From an uncultured Clostridium sp. (GTDB lineage: Bacteria > Bacillota_I > Bacilli_A > RF39 > UBA660): DNA of 64,000 nt. Positions 30,042 to 39,605 of the stretch are shown one piece after another (position 1 is the first letter of the stretch; each line of letters begins with the position of its first letter). Where the stretch lies: the NCBI GenBank assembly GCA_946414595.1, contig CAMKPE010000006.1, positions 15,953-79,952 on the forward strand. The letters are read 5' to 3'. The translations under genes and the position numbers were made by a program. The notes beneath the pieces are model-generated. The model made no database searches. It had not been told where the DNA came from and was given only the letters and a program-made list of their open reading frames with translations.

Positions 30042-30734
30042 TTATTCCTTATTATTTTTCAAAAATTCTCTAAGCATTTTCATAAGAGCTCTTTTTTCAA
30101 TTCTAGAGACATAACTTCTTGATATATTAAACTCTTTTGCTATTTGTTTTTGCGTTAATTCTATAGTGTTATTTAATCCATATCTTTTAATTATTATTTC
30201 CTTTTCCCTATCGTTTAATACTTCAAAATACTTCTTTAATAGTTTTATATTCTCCTTTTCTGTTATCTTTTCTACATAATCTTCGCTAGGAATCTTAAGA
30301 ATATCAAGTATGGTAATTTCATTTCCTTCTTTATCGTACCCAATTGATTCGTTAATTGATATATTCTTATTTGTCTTATTATTACTTCTAAAATACATTA
30401 AGATTTCGTTTTCTATACATCTAGCACAATAAGTTGTTATTCTTGTTCCTTCATTTTGCTTATAAGTATCAATTCCTTTGATTAGTCCTATAGTACCAAT
30501 ACTTATTAAGTCATCTTGATCAACATTTTTATAATCGAATTTCTTTACTATGTGTGCAACTAACCTAAGGTTATGCTCAATTAGTTTATTTCTTGCTTCT
30601 ATATCATTATGTTTAAGTTTTTCTAAAAGAATATCCTCTTCTTCTTTAGATAATGGATCTAGAAAAACATTGTTAGAATAACTCGCTGTAAATAAAAATA
30701 ATTCTTTTATTTTTTTAATTAATTTAAAAAACAT
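30042..30734 (-). CDS. sigK: Sporulation sigma factor, SigK-like (pro-sigma with an N-terminal leader), uninterrupted
   Basis: 230 aa. IEHNLRLVAHIVKKF, TYCARCIENEILMYFR and ISRSYVSRIEKRALMKM match SigK strings as I recall them. The N-terminal ...FTASYSNNVFLDPLSKEEE resembles the pro-sigma-K processing region. Confidence 0.8.
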   Translation of the reverse strand: MFFKLIKKIKELFLFTASYSNNVFLDPLSKEEEDILLEKLKHNDIEARNKLIEHNLRLVAHIVKKFDYKNVDQDDLISIGTIGLIKGIDTYKQNEGTRITTYCARCIENEILMYFRSNNKTNKNISINESIGYDKEGNEITILDILKIPSEDYVEKITEKENIKLLKKYFEVLNDREKEIIIKRYGLNNTIELTQKQIAKEFNISRSYVSRIEKRALMKMLREFLKNNKE

Positions 30735-30775
30735 ATAACTCCTCCATTAGAATTATATGTTTTATACTTTATTAT

Positions 30776-31000
30776 TTATACAATTAAGATTATTACTATT
30801 ATGATTGCTAGTATAGCTAAGAATATTAATGCTAAATTACTATTTGAAGGTGTACTAACATTGTTTCCTTTTGGATCATCTATTATTGCGTCAGGTGCAT
30901 CTTTATCTTTAATCCCAACGTTTCCGCATCCTTTGCAGAACTTATCGTTAGGACTTAATTTTTCTCCACAAAAATCACAATATCTAACTTTGCTTTTCAT
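30776..31000 (-). CDS. Small zinc-ribbon membrane protein
   Basis: 74 aa. N-terminal CDFCGEKL...CKGCG ribbon and a C-terminal TM helix LALIFLAILAIIIVIILIV. Confidence 0.6.
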   Translation of the reverse strand: MKSKVRYCDFCGEKLSPNDKFCKGCGNVGIKDKDAPDAIIDDPKGNNVSTPSNSNLALIFLAILAIIIVIILIV

Positions 31001-31046
31001 TTATCATCTTCCTTACTTGTTATACTATATCATTTTTGGTACTTTT

Positions 31047-32441
31047 TTACAACTTTTTAAAGTATTTATCTAATACATCTATATCTGAATAATATACTTT
31101 TAAGTCTTTTATTGCCATATAAGTATCTCTTCCTTTTCCTAGAATTGCTACTATATCATCTTTATTTGCAATACTTAAGGCTTTCTTTATAGCAGTTTCC
31201 CTATTTTCTTCAATTATATAGTTATCTTTAGTCTTATCTATCATCATGTTAATTATATCGATTGGCTTTTCCCATCTTGGATCATCCATTGTATAGATAA
31301 CTAAATTTGAAAGAGCTTGCAGAACGATTCCCTTTTTATTTCTATTTTCGACTTCTCTTCCACCAGCAGCACCAGTTACTGTAATTATTCTTTTATGTTT
31401 CATCTTATTTAAGAAAGTTAAGATGTTTTTAATACCATTTTCTGTATGTGCATAATCAATTAAGATTTTATAGTTTGTATTATAATCTAAGAACTCTACC
31501 CTTCCACTTGGAGTTTTTATTTTGTTTACAAGTTTTTGTATTTTATCAAAACTAATGTTTAAAGATAAGAGTGTTAGAATTACACTAGATAAATTGTAAA
31601 CATTAAACTCTCCCAATAAAGGGCTTGTAACAATATAATATTTCTTCTTATATTTATATTTTATTATTGTTTTATTCTCTTCTTCTATGTAATCAATTAT
31701 TCTAAGATTACTATACATGCTTTTTCCATAAGTAAGTTTTTTCTTTTTCATGGTCTTAAATTTATAGAAATAATTATCATCTCTATTTAATATTGCTATA
31801 CCATCTTTATCTAGTTTATTAAATAACTTTCTTTTGCATTTGATATAGTTATCTATTGTTTTATGAACATTTAAATGATCTTCTGTGATATTTGTAATAA
31901 TTGCTCTTTGAAATAATAATCCATTAAGTCTATTTCCTAATAAACCTTCACTGGATGCTTCAAGTGATATATATTTATTACCTTCTTTATAAAGCTTATC
32001 TAAGTAGTAATACAATTTCTCTATTGAAGGAGTTGTATTATTTAACGATTCATTAGTATTATCTGATATTACTCCATTAGTTCCAATATAGCCAGTGTTA
32101 TCTAACATATCTTTAATTATTGTGGCAGTTGTTGTCTTACCATCAGTTCCTGTTACTCCAATTAAGTTTACTCTCGAATAGTCTTCATAGATATATTTAA
32201 GAATATTCACTAATTCTTTATTAACATTTCTTACTTTTATATATGGTACTTTGTAATCTTTTCCTTTAGATACCACTAAAAAGCCTGCACCTTTATTAAG
32301 TGCTTCATCGATATATTCATGTCTATCTTCTTTTAGACCTTTAATACATACAAATAAATCGTTTGGCAATACTTCTTTTGAGTTTGTTTTAACGTTATTA
32401 ATATTTAGATTTTTTTTATATAAATTATATAAATTTTTCAT
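31047..32441 (-). CDS. murE: UDP-N-acetylmuramoyl-L-alanyl-D-glutamate ligase (MurE)
   Basis: 464 aa. Contains GVTGTDGKTTTA, DYAHTENG and DDPR, the MurE-type signatures. Confidence 0.93.
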   Translation of the reverse strand: MKNLYNLYKKNLNINNVKTNSKEVLPNDLFVCIKGLKEDRHEYIDEALNKGAGFLVVSKGKDYKVPYIKVRNVNKELVNILKYIYEDYSRVNLIGVTGTDGKTTTATIIKDMLDNTGYIGTNGVISDNTNESLNNTTPSIEKLYYYLDKLYKEGNKYISLEASSEGLLGNRLNGLLFQRAIITNITEDHLNVHKTIDNYIKCKRKLFNKLDKDGIAILNRDDNYFYKFKTMKKKKLTYGKSMYSNLRIIDYIEEENKTIIKYKYKKKYYIVTSPLLGEFNVYNLSSVILTLLSLNISFDKIQKLVNKIKTPSGRVEFLDYNTNYKILIDYAHTENGIKNILTFLNKMKHKRIITVTGAAGGREVENRNKKGIVLQALSNLVIYTMDDPRWEKPIDIINMMIDKTKDNYIIEENRETAIKKALSIANKDDIVAILGKGRDTYMAIKDLKVYYSDIDVLDKYFKKL

Positions 32442-32466
32442 ACTTCACCATTATAATTTATGCTTC

Positions 32467-33141
32467 TTAAAGTCTCTTGTTATTGAAGTAATTATTTAGT
32501 GCTTCTTTTTCATTCATTATTTTGTTATTGATTATTATGTTGTTCTTATATTTGTAAAAAGAAGCAATGTTTTTAACAATTATATCTTTTTTAAATTTAT
32601 ATCTTTTTAAATATCTTTCTAATAAAAACTTATTAATTATATACTTAATATTCTTCCCTTCTTCGAGGATTTTAAATATTAAAAGGAAGGATACAGTTAG
32701 CATAAATAATGAGTTTATTTTATAAGAAAAGAAAATTACTATTAATGGATAAATTAATAAAGAAATAACTTGTAATATATTTAATACCTTCTTAAAAGAT
32801 ATTCTTGTTGATAACAATATATTTAGTAGTTTACTTCCATCAAGAGGTACTACTGGTAAAAGATTAAAAGTAAGTAGTAATAAATTGAAGTATCCTAAAG
32901 AATTATCCAAATCTTTAATCAAGCAATAAAATATTATTTGAAATACTGGGCCCATAATTGTTACCATTAATTCTTCTTTCATTGGCTTATTAATAGATGT
33001 ATTAAACTTTGTTATTCCTCCTAGTGGATAAATATAAATCTTATCAACTTCCCAATTAAATAATTTTCCAGTTAAGAAGTGCCCTAGTTCATGAACAATT
33101 ATTAATAATAAATATAATAAAGACTTTTTAAAGAATCCCAT
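32467..33141 (-). CDS. spoIVFB: M50 site-2 metalloprotease, SpoIVFB-like
   Basis: 224 aa, polytopic. Contains HELGHF and NLLPVVPLDGSKL. Sits after mreD and a SpoIVFA-like gene, as spoIVFB does in Bacillus. Confidence 0.72.
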   Translation of the reverse strand: MGFFKKSLLYLLLIIVHELGHFLTGKLFNWEVDKIYIYPLGGITKFNTSINKPMKEELMVTIMGPVFQIIFYCLIKDLDNSLGYFNLLLLTFNLLPVVPLDGSKLLNILLSTRISFKKVLNILQVISLLIYPLIVIFFSYKINSLFMLTVSFLLIFKILEEGKNIKYIINKFLLERYLKRYKFKKDIIVKNIASFYKYKNNIIINNKIMNEKEALNNYFNNKRL

Positions 33142-33184
33142 AAAAAAAGAGATTATTAAAAAGATGTAAGTTAGTATATTTATT

Positions 33185-33748
33185 TTAAATAAATTCTTTA
33201 TAATCTAAATAATCTCCATTTCTTTGAAATACTAAAATAAGATTGTTATCAATTGCTTCCCCAACATAATCATTCTTTTTAACATAATCATATATATCTA
33301 TATTATTGTAATTGATATTTGAATACCATATTTCTGTTTTGTCATCACTCTGTACCACAATTGTCTTACCATATCCTTCTTTATTACCAATATATACAAC
33401 AATTCCATCTTTAATAAACGGAACAACACTATTATTTAATTCTAATAAATAACCATCTTTATACTTATTAATACTTTTATAACTTAATTTATCATCAAAG
33501 ACCATTACATCACTTTCAAATACATTAGATACAGGTAAAATTGATCCGAAGGTTTCGTTATACCATTTGTTTATACCTGCAAAGAACATACTTTTATTAT
33601 AAACACTAGCATATATATCTTTTTTAAACTGATCACTTTTTTTAATGCCAATTAAAAAAGAAAGAAAAAGAATTAAAGATATAAGTATCTTTATTAGATA
33701 GTTCTTTACTATTTTATTTTCTTTCTTTTCTTCGCATTTTCTTGCCAT
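33185..33748 (-). CDS. Membrane-anchored protein with a degenerate LytM/M23-like C-terminal domain (SpoIVFA-like by position)
   Basis: 187 aa. One TM helix, then DGIVVYIGNKEGYGKTIVVQSDD...YVKKNDYVGEAI, which has LytM-like spacing without the metal ligands. The call rests mainly on context. Confidence 0.4.
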   Translation of the reverse strand: MARKCEEKKENKIVKNYLIKILISLILFLSFLIGIKKSDQFKKDIYASVYNKSMFFAGINKWYNETFGSILPVSNVFESDVMVFDDKLSYKSINKYKDGYLLELNNSVVPFIKDGIVVYIGNKEGYGKTIVVQSDDKTEIWYSNINYNNIDIYDYVKKNDYVGEAIDNNLILVFQRNGDYLDYKEFI

Positions 33749-34206
33749 ATTATCATCTCATTTAATTTATACTTTTTACTATTAGATTTAGAACTATAAT
33801 TGTATAAAAGTAATAAAGATAATATTAAATTAATTGGAAGTGTTCTTGCTATTTTGATTACCAAATAATTAATAGAATACTTATTAATTAATATAAAGAA
33901 TAAAGTATCATAAAGAATCAAACATATAGTAGTTATTAAAAGATAAGCATCTATTGTTAATTTATTTTTAACAAATCTTTTTATTATTAAATATGATAGT
34001 AATAGAAATAATAAATTAAAGAAAATTATTCCTTCTAATACTGAATATAACAATAATGATATTGCTATATGACTAATATTTTTAGTAGTTAATAATTCAT
34101 AAATGATATAAGTTATGGTAAACATTGGAAAAATTGAAATGCTAGATAATTCATAGTTTAAATAATTTGAAAACACAAGATCTAAAAGAATAGATAGAAT
34201 AAACAT
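33709..34206 (-). CDS. mreD: Rod-shape-determining protein MreD (by topology and position)
   Basis: 165 aa, about 5 TM helices. Its start shares one nt with the mreC stop (TAATG). Confidence 0.6.
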   Translation of the reverse strand: MFILSILLDLVFSNYLNYELSSISIFPMFTITYIIYELLTTKNISHIAISLLLYSVLEGIIFFNLLFLLLSYLIIKRFVKNKLTIDAYLLITTICLILYDTLFFILINKYSINYLVIKIARTLPINLILSLLLLYNYSSKSNSKKYKLNEMIIWQENAKKRKKIK

Positions 34207-34880
34207 TAATTATCTTTCCTTTTTAAAACTGCTACAAATCTTAAATCACTAGTATTACTTGAAGTTTCTATTTCAAGTGATAATCCAACATTTTCATAAT
34301 TAATCTTTTTAACAATTCCAATTAATATTCCTTGAGGAGTTTTATCTAATAATCCACTAGTTACTACCTTATCCCCTATTTTGATATTATCTTCTTTATT
34401 AACTCCTTTAATAATTAACTTATTATTTTCACTTTTCATTATATAGTTTTTATCATTTATTCTTACTTGGATAATATCATTAATAGTTTTTAATAACTTT
34501 ACTTTAGAAGTACTCTCACTTACTTCATTTATCTTACCTATCATTCCTTCTTCTGTTACAACAACCATATTCTTTTTAAGCCCATCAACAGCTCCTTTAT
34601 TAATTGTTAATTCATTTAGGTAATAAGTTAAATTCCTTTCTACTACAGTTGCATAGATAGTATCAAAATCAGTAAGCGATGTTATATTTAGTAAACTTTT
34701 TAATTCATTATTCTCTTTTCTTATTTCTTCATTTAAATTGTCTAATAAAACAGTACTTTCCATTTTAAATGGTTTATAAATAATATCTCTTAGAATACCA
34801 CCAAATCTAATATCATCTTTCAATTCTATAAAAGACATTATTAATAAAAAAAATATTAAGTATAATACTTTATTTTTCAT
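34206..34880 (-). CDS. mreC: Rod-shape-determining protein MreC
   Basis: Start set at MKNKVLYL (ATG at 34880, AGGTGA RBS). Has an N-terminal TM helix, a coiled-coil and VVTSGLLDKTPQGILIGIV, typical of MreC. Confidence 0.8.
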   Translation of the reverse strand: MKNKVLYLIFFLLIMSFIELKDDIRFGGILRDIIYKPFKMESTVLLDNLNEEIRKENNELKSLLNITSLTDFDTIYATVVERNLTYYLNELTINKGAVDGLKKNMVVVTEEGMIGKINEVSESTSKVKLLKTINDIIQVRINDKNYIMKSENNKLIIKGVNKEDNIKIGDKVVTSGLLDKTPQGILIGIVKKINYENVGLSLEIETSSNTSDLRFVAVLKRKDN

Positions 34881-34884
34881 ATTA

Positions 34885-35568
34885 TCACCTAATATTAATT
34901 TTCCCATTATCTTGAAAACTATAATAATTATTGTTAGAAACTATTATATGATCTATTATCGGTATCTTTTGGATTAAGCCTATTTCTACTAAAGCTTTAG
35001 TAAATAAGATATCATCTTGTGAAGGAGTAACATCTCCTGACGGATGATTGTGAAGACATACTATACTGGAAGCTGAATAAAGATATGCTGTTTTAAAAAC
35101 TTCTCTTGGATGTGTAAGGCTTCTATTTACTGTGCCAATAAATAATAATTCTTCACCCACTAGTTCTTGTTTGTTATTAAAATATAAACAATAAAACAAC
35201 TCTTGTTTTTTATCATTAAATAAATATTTAGTATACTCAAATATACTTCTTGGATTCTTTAAAACAGGTCTTTTATTTATTTCTTCCAAGTACATTCTTT
35301 TACCAAGTTCTACTACTGCTAAAATAACAGAAGATTTAGATAAGCCCATACCATTTATATTATTTAATCTATTTATTGTAGAGTTTTTAATATTTGCTAA
35401 TCCATTAAACTCTTTTAATATGTCTTTTGATAGATCATTTACTGATTTGTTTTTTGTTCCACAACGAAGTACTAAAGATAATAATTCTTCATTTGATAAT
35501 TTATTTGCACCATACTTAACAATTCTTTCTCTTGGTCTTTCTTCTTTAGGAAGTTCTTTAATTAACAC
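34885..35568 (-). CDS. radC: RadC-family JAMM protein
   Basis: Contains IKELPKEERPRERI and HNHPSGDVTPSQDD. The start is probably the GTG at 35568 after GGTGA (the track uses the TTG at 35580). Confidence 0.88.
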   Translation of the reverse strand: MLIKELPKEERPRERIVKYGANKLSNEELLSLVLRCGTKNKSVNDLSKDILKEFNGLANIKNSTINRLNNINGMGLSKSSVILAVVELGKRMYLEEINKRPVLKNPRSIFEYTKYLFNDKKQELFYCLYFNNKQELVGEELLFIGTVNRSLTHPREVFKTAYLYSASSIVCLHNHPSGDVTPSQDDILFTKALVEIGLIQKIPIIDHIIVSNNNYYSFQDNGKINIR

Positions 35569-35616
35569 ATATATCACCAATAATATTATTACTCGTGTGT
35601 TTAAAATTTCCTTATG

Positions 35617-36051
35617 TTATTTTTCTAAAACCATTTCTTCATAACTTGATATTATTACATCATTTATTGATATTAGATTATCTTCATCTTCTACTTCTGA
35701 AAGTAAGATATCATATTGTTCTAAGTTACTTATGAACTCAACATTATCAATCACTGTTGGCTTTATAAAACTTTGTATTTGTTGTTCTTCATAAATCTTT
35801 TTAATCTTACTTGCATTTACTAAACTAGTTGTTATTCCTGCATATACATTATAGATTCCATTTTCTTCAATTACTAAATACTTATCAGCATTAACCTCTA
35901 AATCATTTTCTTTGTAACTACCTATTTGAATTAAATAAGCATTATATTTGTTATCATTAATGTTTTTTTGGTATGCCTTATAAAATGAATTTGCTGTAAT
36001 AAACCCAAAGAATAAAGCTAAAAATAAATAAAATATATATTTTCCTTTCAT
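35617..36051 (-). CDS. Membrane-anchored protein, possibly with a SPOR-like domain
   Basis: 144 aa. N-terminal TM helix. AYLIQIGSYKENDLEV...YNVYAGITTSLVNASKIKK resembles SPOR-repeat spacing; the call is weak. Confidence 0.35.
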   Translation of the reverse strand: MKGKYIFYLFLALFFGFITANSFYKAYQKNINDNKYNAYLIQIGSYKENDLEVNADKYLVIEENGIYNVYAGITTSLVNASKIKKIYEEQQIQSFIKPTVIDNVEFISNLEQYDILLSEVEDEDNLISINDVIISSYEEMVLEK

Positions 36052-36097
36052 ATTATCACCAAAGATAGATTAGCATTTCCCTAGGTAGTTTTTTGTC

Positions 36098-36127
36098 GAA
36101 AAAAAAACAAACTATTACTAGTTTGTT
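36098..36127 (-). terminator. Rho-independent terminator after the 36133-37338 gene
   Basis: Perfect 9-bp stem AACAAACTA/TAGTTTGTT (36106-36114 and 36119-36127) with a 4-nt loop and a U8 run on the minus strand. Confidence 0.7.
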
Positions 36128-36132
36128 AATTA

Positions 36133-37338
36133 TTAAAAGTTAAGCATTAACCATTCTGGTTTTATAATTAAAAGTAATCCTACAAGTAACATAATTATTC
36201 CACCAACAATACTTGAATACTTTCCATATTTAGAGCTTGCTGTACTTAGTTGTAGTGTTGCTACTGCAATTGTAAATACAACTAAATCATCAATCATATA
36301 GAATAAAGTATAAACTAATAAGTATATGATTTTCATTAATCCAGTAACATTATTTACTGCAAGTATTTCTGCAAATGTTGCTGGGAATACACTTGAGCAA
36401 GCAAGTTCTACTATATTAACTGATATTGCTAAAATAATTACTCCACCAAGAGCAAGAAGCAAATTCTTTTCTTGTGTAAATTTTTTAATTCTTGTAAATA
36501 TTTTCTTTCTTTTCTTTTCATCTACTACATGGCATCCAGCATCTTCTTTTCTTTCTTTGAAGAATCTATAGACATTGTAACTACCTACTATTAATGCAAT
36601 TACTCCAATGATGCTTCTTATTAATGGTAATGAAATATATGTTAATATATTTGTTATTCCTAACATAAATAAGAAATACATAAATCCTGAAGTAAATAAG
36701 AATACAAATCCTATTATCAACATTTTCTTTCTATCATGCATTCCAATTAACATGTTTATTAAGAATAACAATACCCACATAGCACATGGATTAAATCCAT
36801 CAACGAATCCTAAGATTACTGCTACTAATCCAATAGATACATCTTTAATATCCACTTCTCCAAGAAGAGGAATGTTTTCTTTATCTTTATTTACTAAGTA
36901 TTCTTCTTCACTTATTATTTCCAAATAATTCTTTAAGTTTAATTCTATTTTCTCTCCAACAGATTCTGAATATCCAATGAAAGATACTTCTCCAATTACT
37001 GTGTATGGTACTGCTGCTGATGCTGTATCACCCATTATTTTCTTAGCTTGAAGCATTAATTCTTTATTTTCCTGATTGTGCCAGGTTTCATAATAATAAA
37101 TATTATATTTGCCTTCATAACGAGTCTCTAATAGTTTTAAAAACTCTATTTCGCTAGCACAATGTGGACATTCTTGTCCATGAAAGAAATAAATATTTAC
37201 TTTTCCTTCTTCTTTCTCAACATTTAGCAATTCACTTAATTTATCTTCATATTTATCTGATAATGCTTTGGCGCTTACTGGCCATAGAATTGCAATTAAT
37301 AGAAAAAGAAATGCTATTTTTTTAACATTCTTTATCAA
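36133..37338 (-). CDS. Thioredoxin-fold (CPHC) domain fused to a polytopic CcdA/DsbD-like membrane domain
   Basis: 401 aa. Signal/TM segment, FFHGQECPHCASE, then about 6 TM helices including GFVDGFNPCAMWVL. Confidence 0.65.
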   Translation of the reverse strand: MIKNVKKIAFLFLLIAILWPVSAKALSDKYEDKLSELLNVEKEEGKVNIYFFHGQECPHCASEIEFLKLLETRYEGKYNIYYYETWHNQENKELMLQAKKIMGDTASAAVPYTVIGEVSFIGYSESVGEKIELNLKNYLEIISEEEYLVNKDKENIPLLGEVDIKDVSIGLVAVILGFVDGFNPCAMWVLLFLINMLIGMHDRKKMLIIGFVFLFTSGFMYFLFMLGITNILTYISLPLIRSIIGVIALIVGSYNVYRFFKERKEDAGCHVVDEKKRKKIFTRIKKFTQEKNLLLALGGVIILAISVNIVELACSSVFPATFAEILAVNNVTGLMKIIYLLVYTLFYMIDDLVVFTIAVATLQLSTASSKYGKYSSIVGGIIMLLVGLLLIIKPEWLMLNF

Positions 37339-37594
37339 CTAAATCACCTAATTCTTTTTCAAATTGTTCTTGTGTTTTTTCTCCTATAATTCTACCTAAT
37401 TCTTTATCGTCTTTATATACTATTATCTCTGGTAAGATGTTACCGATGTTTAATTTTCCTACTTCATCTTCGTCCATATCTAAGTCAAATTCAGAAAACT
37501 CTATATCAGAATATTTTTCTTTTACTGTATTCCAATATTTATTCATCTTAATACATGCAGGACACCACATAGCTCCTACTCTTATTACTTTCAT
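37322..37594 (-). CDS. Thioredoxin-family protein
   Basis: Start set at MKVIRVGAMWCPAC (ATG at 37594, AGGTGA RBS). Has the WCPAC active site. Confidence 0.8.
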   Translation of the reverse strand: MKVIRVGAMWCPACIKMNKYWNTVKEKYSDIEFSEFDLDMDEDEVGKLNIGNILPEIIVYKDDKELGRIIGEKTQEQFEKELGDLVDKEC

Positions 37595-37602
37595 ATAATC
37601 AC

Positions 37603-38727
37603 CTAACCTACAAGTTTTTTGTAGCATAATTCAAAACTTTTTAAAAATTCATCTATTTCTTCTTTAGTAGTAACATAAGAAATACTTACTCTTATACTTG
37701 ATTTTGCTCTTTCCTCATCTTTAGTAAGAGCATAAACCGCTTTAGACATTTCTCCACCTTTTGAACATGCAGTTTGTGTTGATATATAAATATCATATTC
37801 TTCAAGTGCATGTTGCATTGTTTCAGGTTTGCATCCAATAACACTTAAGTTAAGTATTTGAGGTATTGAATACTCGTTACTATTTATTTTTACATTTTCA
37901 TATTTCTTTAAACCATCTTTTAGATAGTCATTTAATTCTTTAATTTTCTTAATCTTCTTATCAAGATCTTCAGTTGCAAGTCTTAAGGCTTTTGCAAGTG
38001 ATACGATTAATGGAAGTGCTGGTGTTCCACTTCTGTAAACAGTTGTACTTTTACCACCATGTATTAATGGTTCAATTACTATGTTTTCTTTTTTTATTAA
38101 AACACCTATTCCTTTTATTCCGAAGATTTTATGTGCAGAAAAACTTGCTAAATCTACATTTTCTAGGCTAACAAAATCTTTTCCAACACTTTGTGTCATA
38201 TCTACATGGAAGAAACATTTTGGATGTTTTTTAACTATTTTTGCTATTTCATCAATTGGTTGCTTAATTCCAATCTCACTATTAACAGCACAAATAGAAA
38301 CTAGTATTGTATCATCTCTAATTAACTTTTCTAAAGATTCTAGTTTTACTCTTCCATATTCATCAGTTTCAACGAAATCGACTTCTGCTTTTTTATATTT
38401 TTGTAAATATGTTATTGGGCCATAAATAGATGAATGTTCAAACTCTGTTGTTATGATATGTTTTCCTCTATTTTCAAACTTATCAAATATACCTTTAATT
38501 GCTAAGTTGTTTGATTCACTTGCACCACTTGTATAAATGATTTCTTCTTTTTTTACTTTAAGAATTTTAGCAATTTGCTCTGTTGATGCATTAATTAATT
38601 CGTTTGCTTTTGTTCCTATTTTATGAAGTGAATTTGGGTTAGCAAAGTAATCAACGCTTGCTTTATTAAAAGACTCCAACACTTCAGGAGAAGTTGGAGT
38701 TGTTGCTGAATAATCTAAATAAACCAT
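37603..38727 (-). CDS. Class V aminotransferase / cysteine desulfurase (NifS/IscS-like)
   Basis: 374 aa. SAHKIFGIKGIG is the PLP-lysine motif. A C-terminal Cys loop reads STQTACSKGG. Confidence 0.88.
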   Translation of the reverse strand: MVYLDYSATTPTSPEVLESFNKASVDYFANPNSLHKIGTKANELINASTEQIAKILKVKKEEIIYTSGASESNNLAIKGIFDKFENRGKHIITTEFEHSSIYGPITYLQKYKKAEVDFVETDEYGRVKLESLEKLIRDDTILVSICAVNSEIGIKQPIDEIAKIVKKHPKCFFHVDMTQSVGKDFVSLENVDLASFSAHKIFGIKGIGVLIKKENIVIEPLIHGGKSTTVYRSGTPALPLIVSLAKALRLATEDLDKKIKKIKELNDYLKDGLKKYENVKINSNEYSIPQILNLSVIGCKPETMQHALEEYDIYISTQTACSKGGEMSKAVYALTKDEERAKSSIRVSISYVTTKEEIDEFLKSFELCYKKLVG

Positions 38728-38729
38728 TT

Positions 38730-39206
38730 TTATCCCACCTTAAACTGATTTGTGTCTGGAACGCTTACCATTGTTCCACAAAGTGGATCTTTTGGTATTA
38801 CGATAGCATCTCTTACACCTTTTATATCAAAGATTGCTCTTATTACTGTTGGAATAAAGAATAAGCATGCTGCTGCTATAGCACGTTTCGTTACTTTGCT
38901 AGTTGCTTTTTTCAAAGCATCGTTGTCTTCTTGGAAAACAGCTGTAGCAAAATCTATAGCAGTTAAAATTAATAGTAAAATTGGGGCCGCAATTCTGATG
39001 TAACCCAGAAGTTCTTTTATCATATCTGCTGCATCTGGGGTTAAAATACCGCCACAATCTGTTCCACCAGTACCTTTTTCTACTAAATTTAATGCCGTAT
39101 TATTATCAAATTTTCTTTCACTTTTAATTACTTGTGCGTTTGCTTTTACTGTAATAATTGAAAATATTGTTAGTATTATTATTAAATATGTTGTTACCCT
39201 TTTCAT
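38730..39206 (-). CDS. Secreted/membrane protein with a signal peptide and two C-terminal TM helices
   Basis: Start set at MKRVTTYL (ATG at 39206, GAGGTG RBS). The signal peptide ends VKANAQ. Hydrophobic helices are IRIAAPILLLILTAIDFATAVF and AIAAACLFFIPTVIRAIF. Confidence 0.55.
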   Translation of the reverse strand: MKRVTTYLIIILTIFSIITVKANAQVIKSERKFDNNTALNLVEKGTGGTDCGGILTPDAADMIKELLGYIRIAAPILLLILTAIDFATAVFQEDNDALKKATSKVTKRAIAAACLFFIPTVIRAIFDIKGVRDAIVIPKDPLCGTMVSVPDTNQFKVG

Positions 39207-39255
39207 ATCACACCTCATATAGAATAATTATAGCATATTTATCAGTTTATATAAA

Positions 39256-39281
39256 CAAAAAAAACATACTTTCGTATGTTT
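39256..39281 (-). terminator. Rho-independent terminator after the tRNA cluster
   Basis: 8-bp stem AAACATAC/GTATGTTT (39262-39269 and 39274-39281) with a 4-nt loop and a U-run on the minus strand. Confidence 0.7.
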
Positions 39282-39290
39282 AATTCTTTT

Positions 39291-39367
39291 TGGTGACCAG
39301 TATGGAATTCGAATCCATGAATGCCGCCGTGAAAGGGCGGTGTGTTAAGCCACTTCACCAACTGGCC
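39291..39367 (-). tRNA. tRNA-Glu (UUC)
   Basis: Folded by hand. Acceptor GGCCAGU/ACUGGUC, anticodon stem CCGCC/GGCGG, loop CUUUCAC. CCA is encoded. Confidence 0.9.
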
Positions 39368-39370
39368 ATA

Positions 39371-39447
39371 TGGCGCCCCAACTAGGACTTGAACCTAGGA
39401 CCCCTTGATTAACAGTCAAGTGCTCTAACCGACTGAGCTATTGAGGC
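39371..39447 (-). tRNA. tRNA-Asn (GUU)
   Basis: Acceptor GCCUCAA/UUGGGGC, D arm GCUC...GAGC, anticodon stem CUUGA/UCAAG with loop CUGUUAA, T arm CUAGG-UUCAAGU-CCUAG. CCA is encoded. Confidence 0.9.
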
Positions 39448-39451
39448 AAAC

Positions 39452-39528
<77 letters not shown>

Positions 39529-39559
39529 ACTTACTGACTTTTTTCAGCCGTACTTCATA

Positions 39560-39588
39560 AGTATATACTAAGTTGCCAAATATTGCAA
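39560..39588 (-). promoter_or_regulatory. Sigma-A-type promoter of the tRNA-Ile/Asn/Glu cluster
   Basis: Minus strand: TTGCAA (39583-39588), 17-nt spacer, TATACT (39560-39565), about 30 nt upstream of tRNA-Ile. Confidence 0.6.
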
Positions 39589-39605
39589 GGATTTTTTTCT
39601 ATTTT

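Noticed and set aside
30042-30734. Whether sigK is split by a skin-like element, as in B. subtilis and C. difficile.
   Set aside because: The ORF is continuous from the pro-sequence through region 4.2 (230 aa), and no recombinase gene is nearby.
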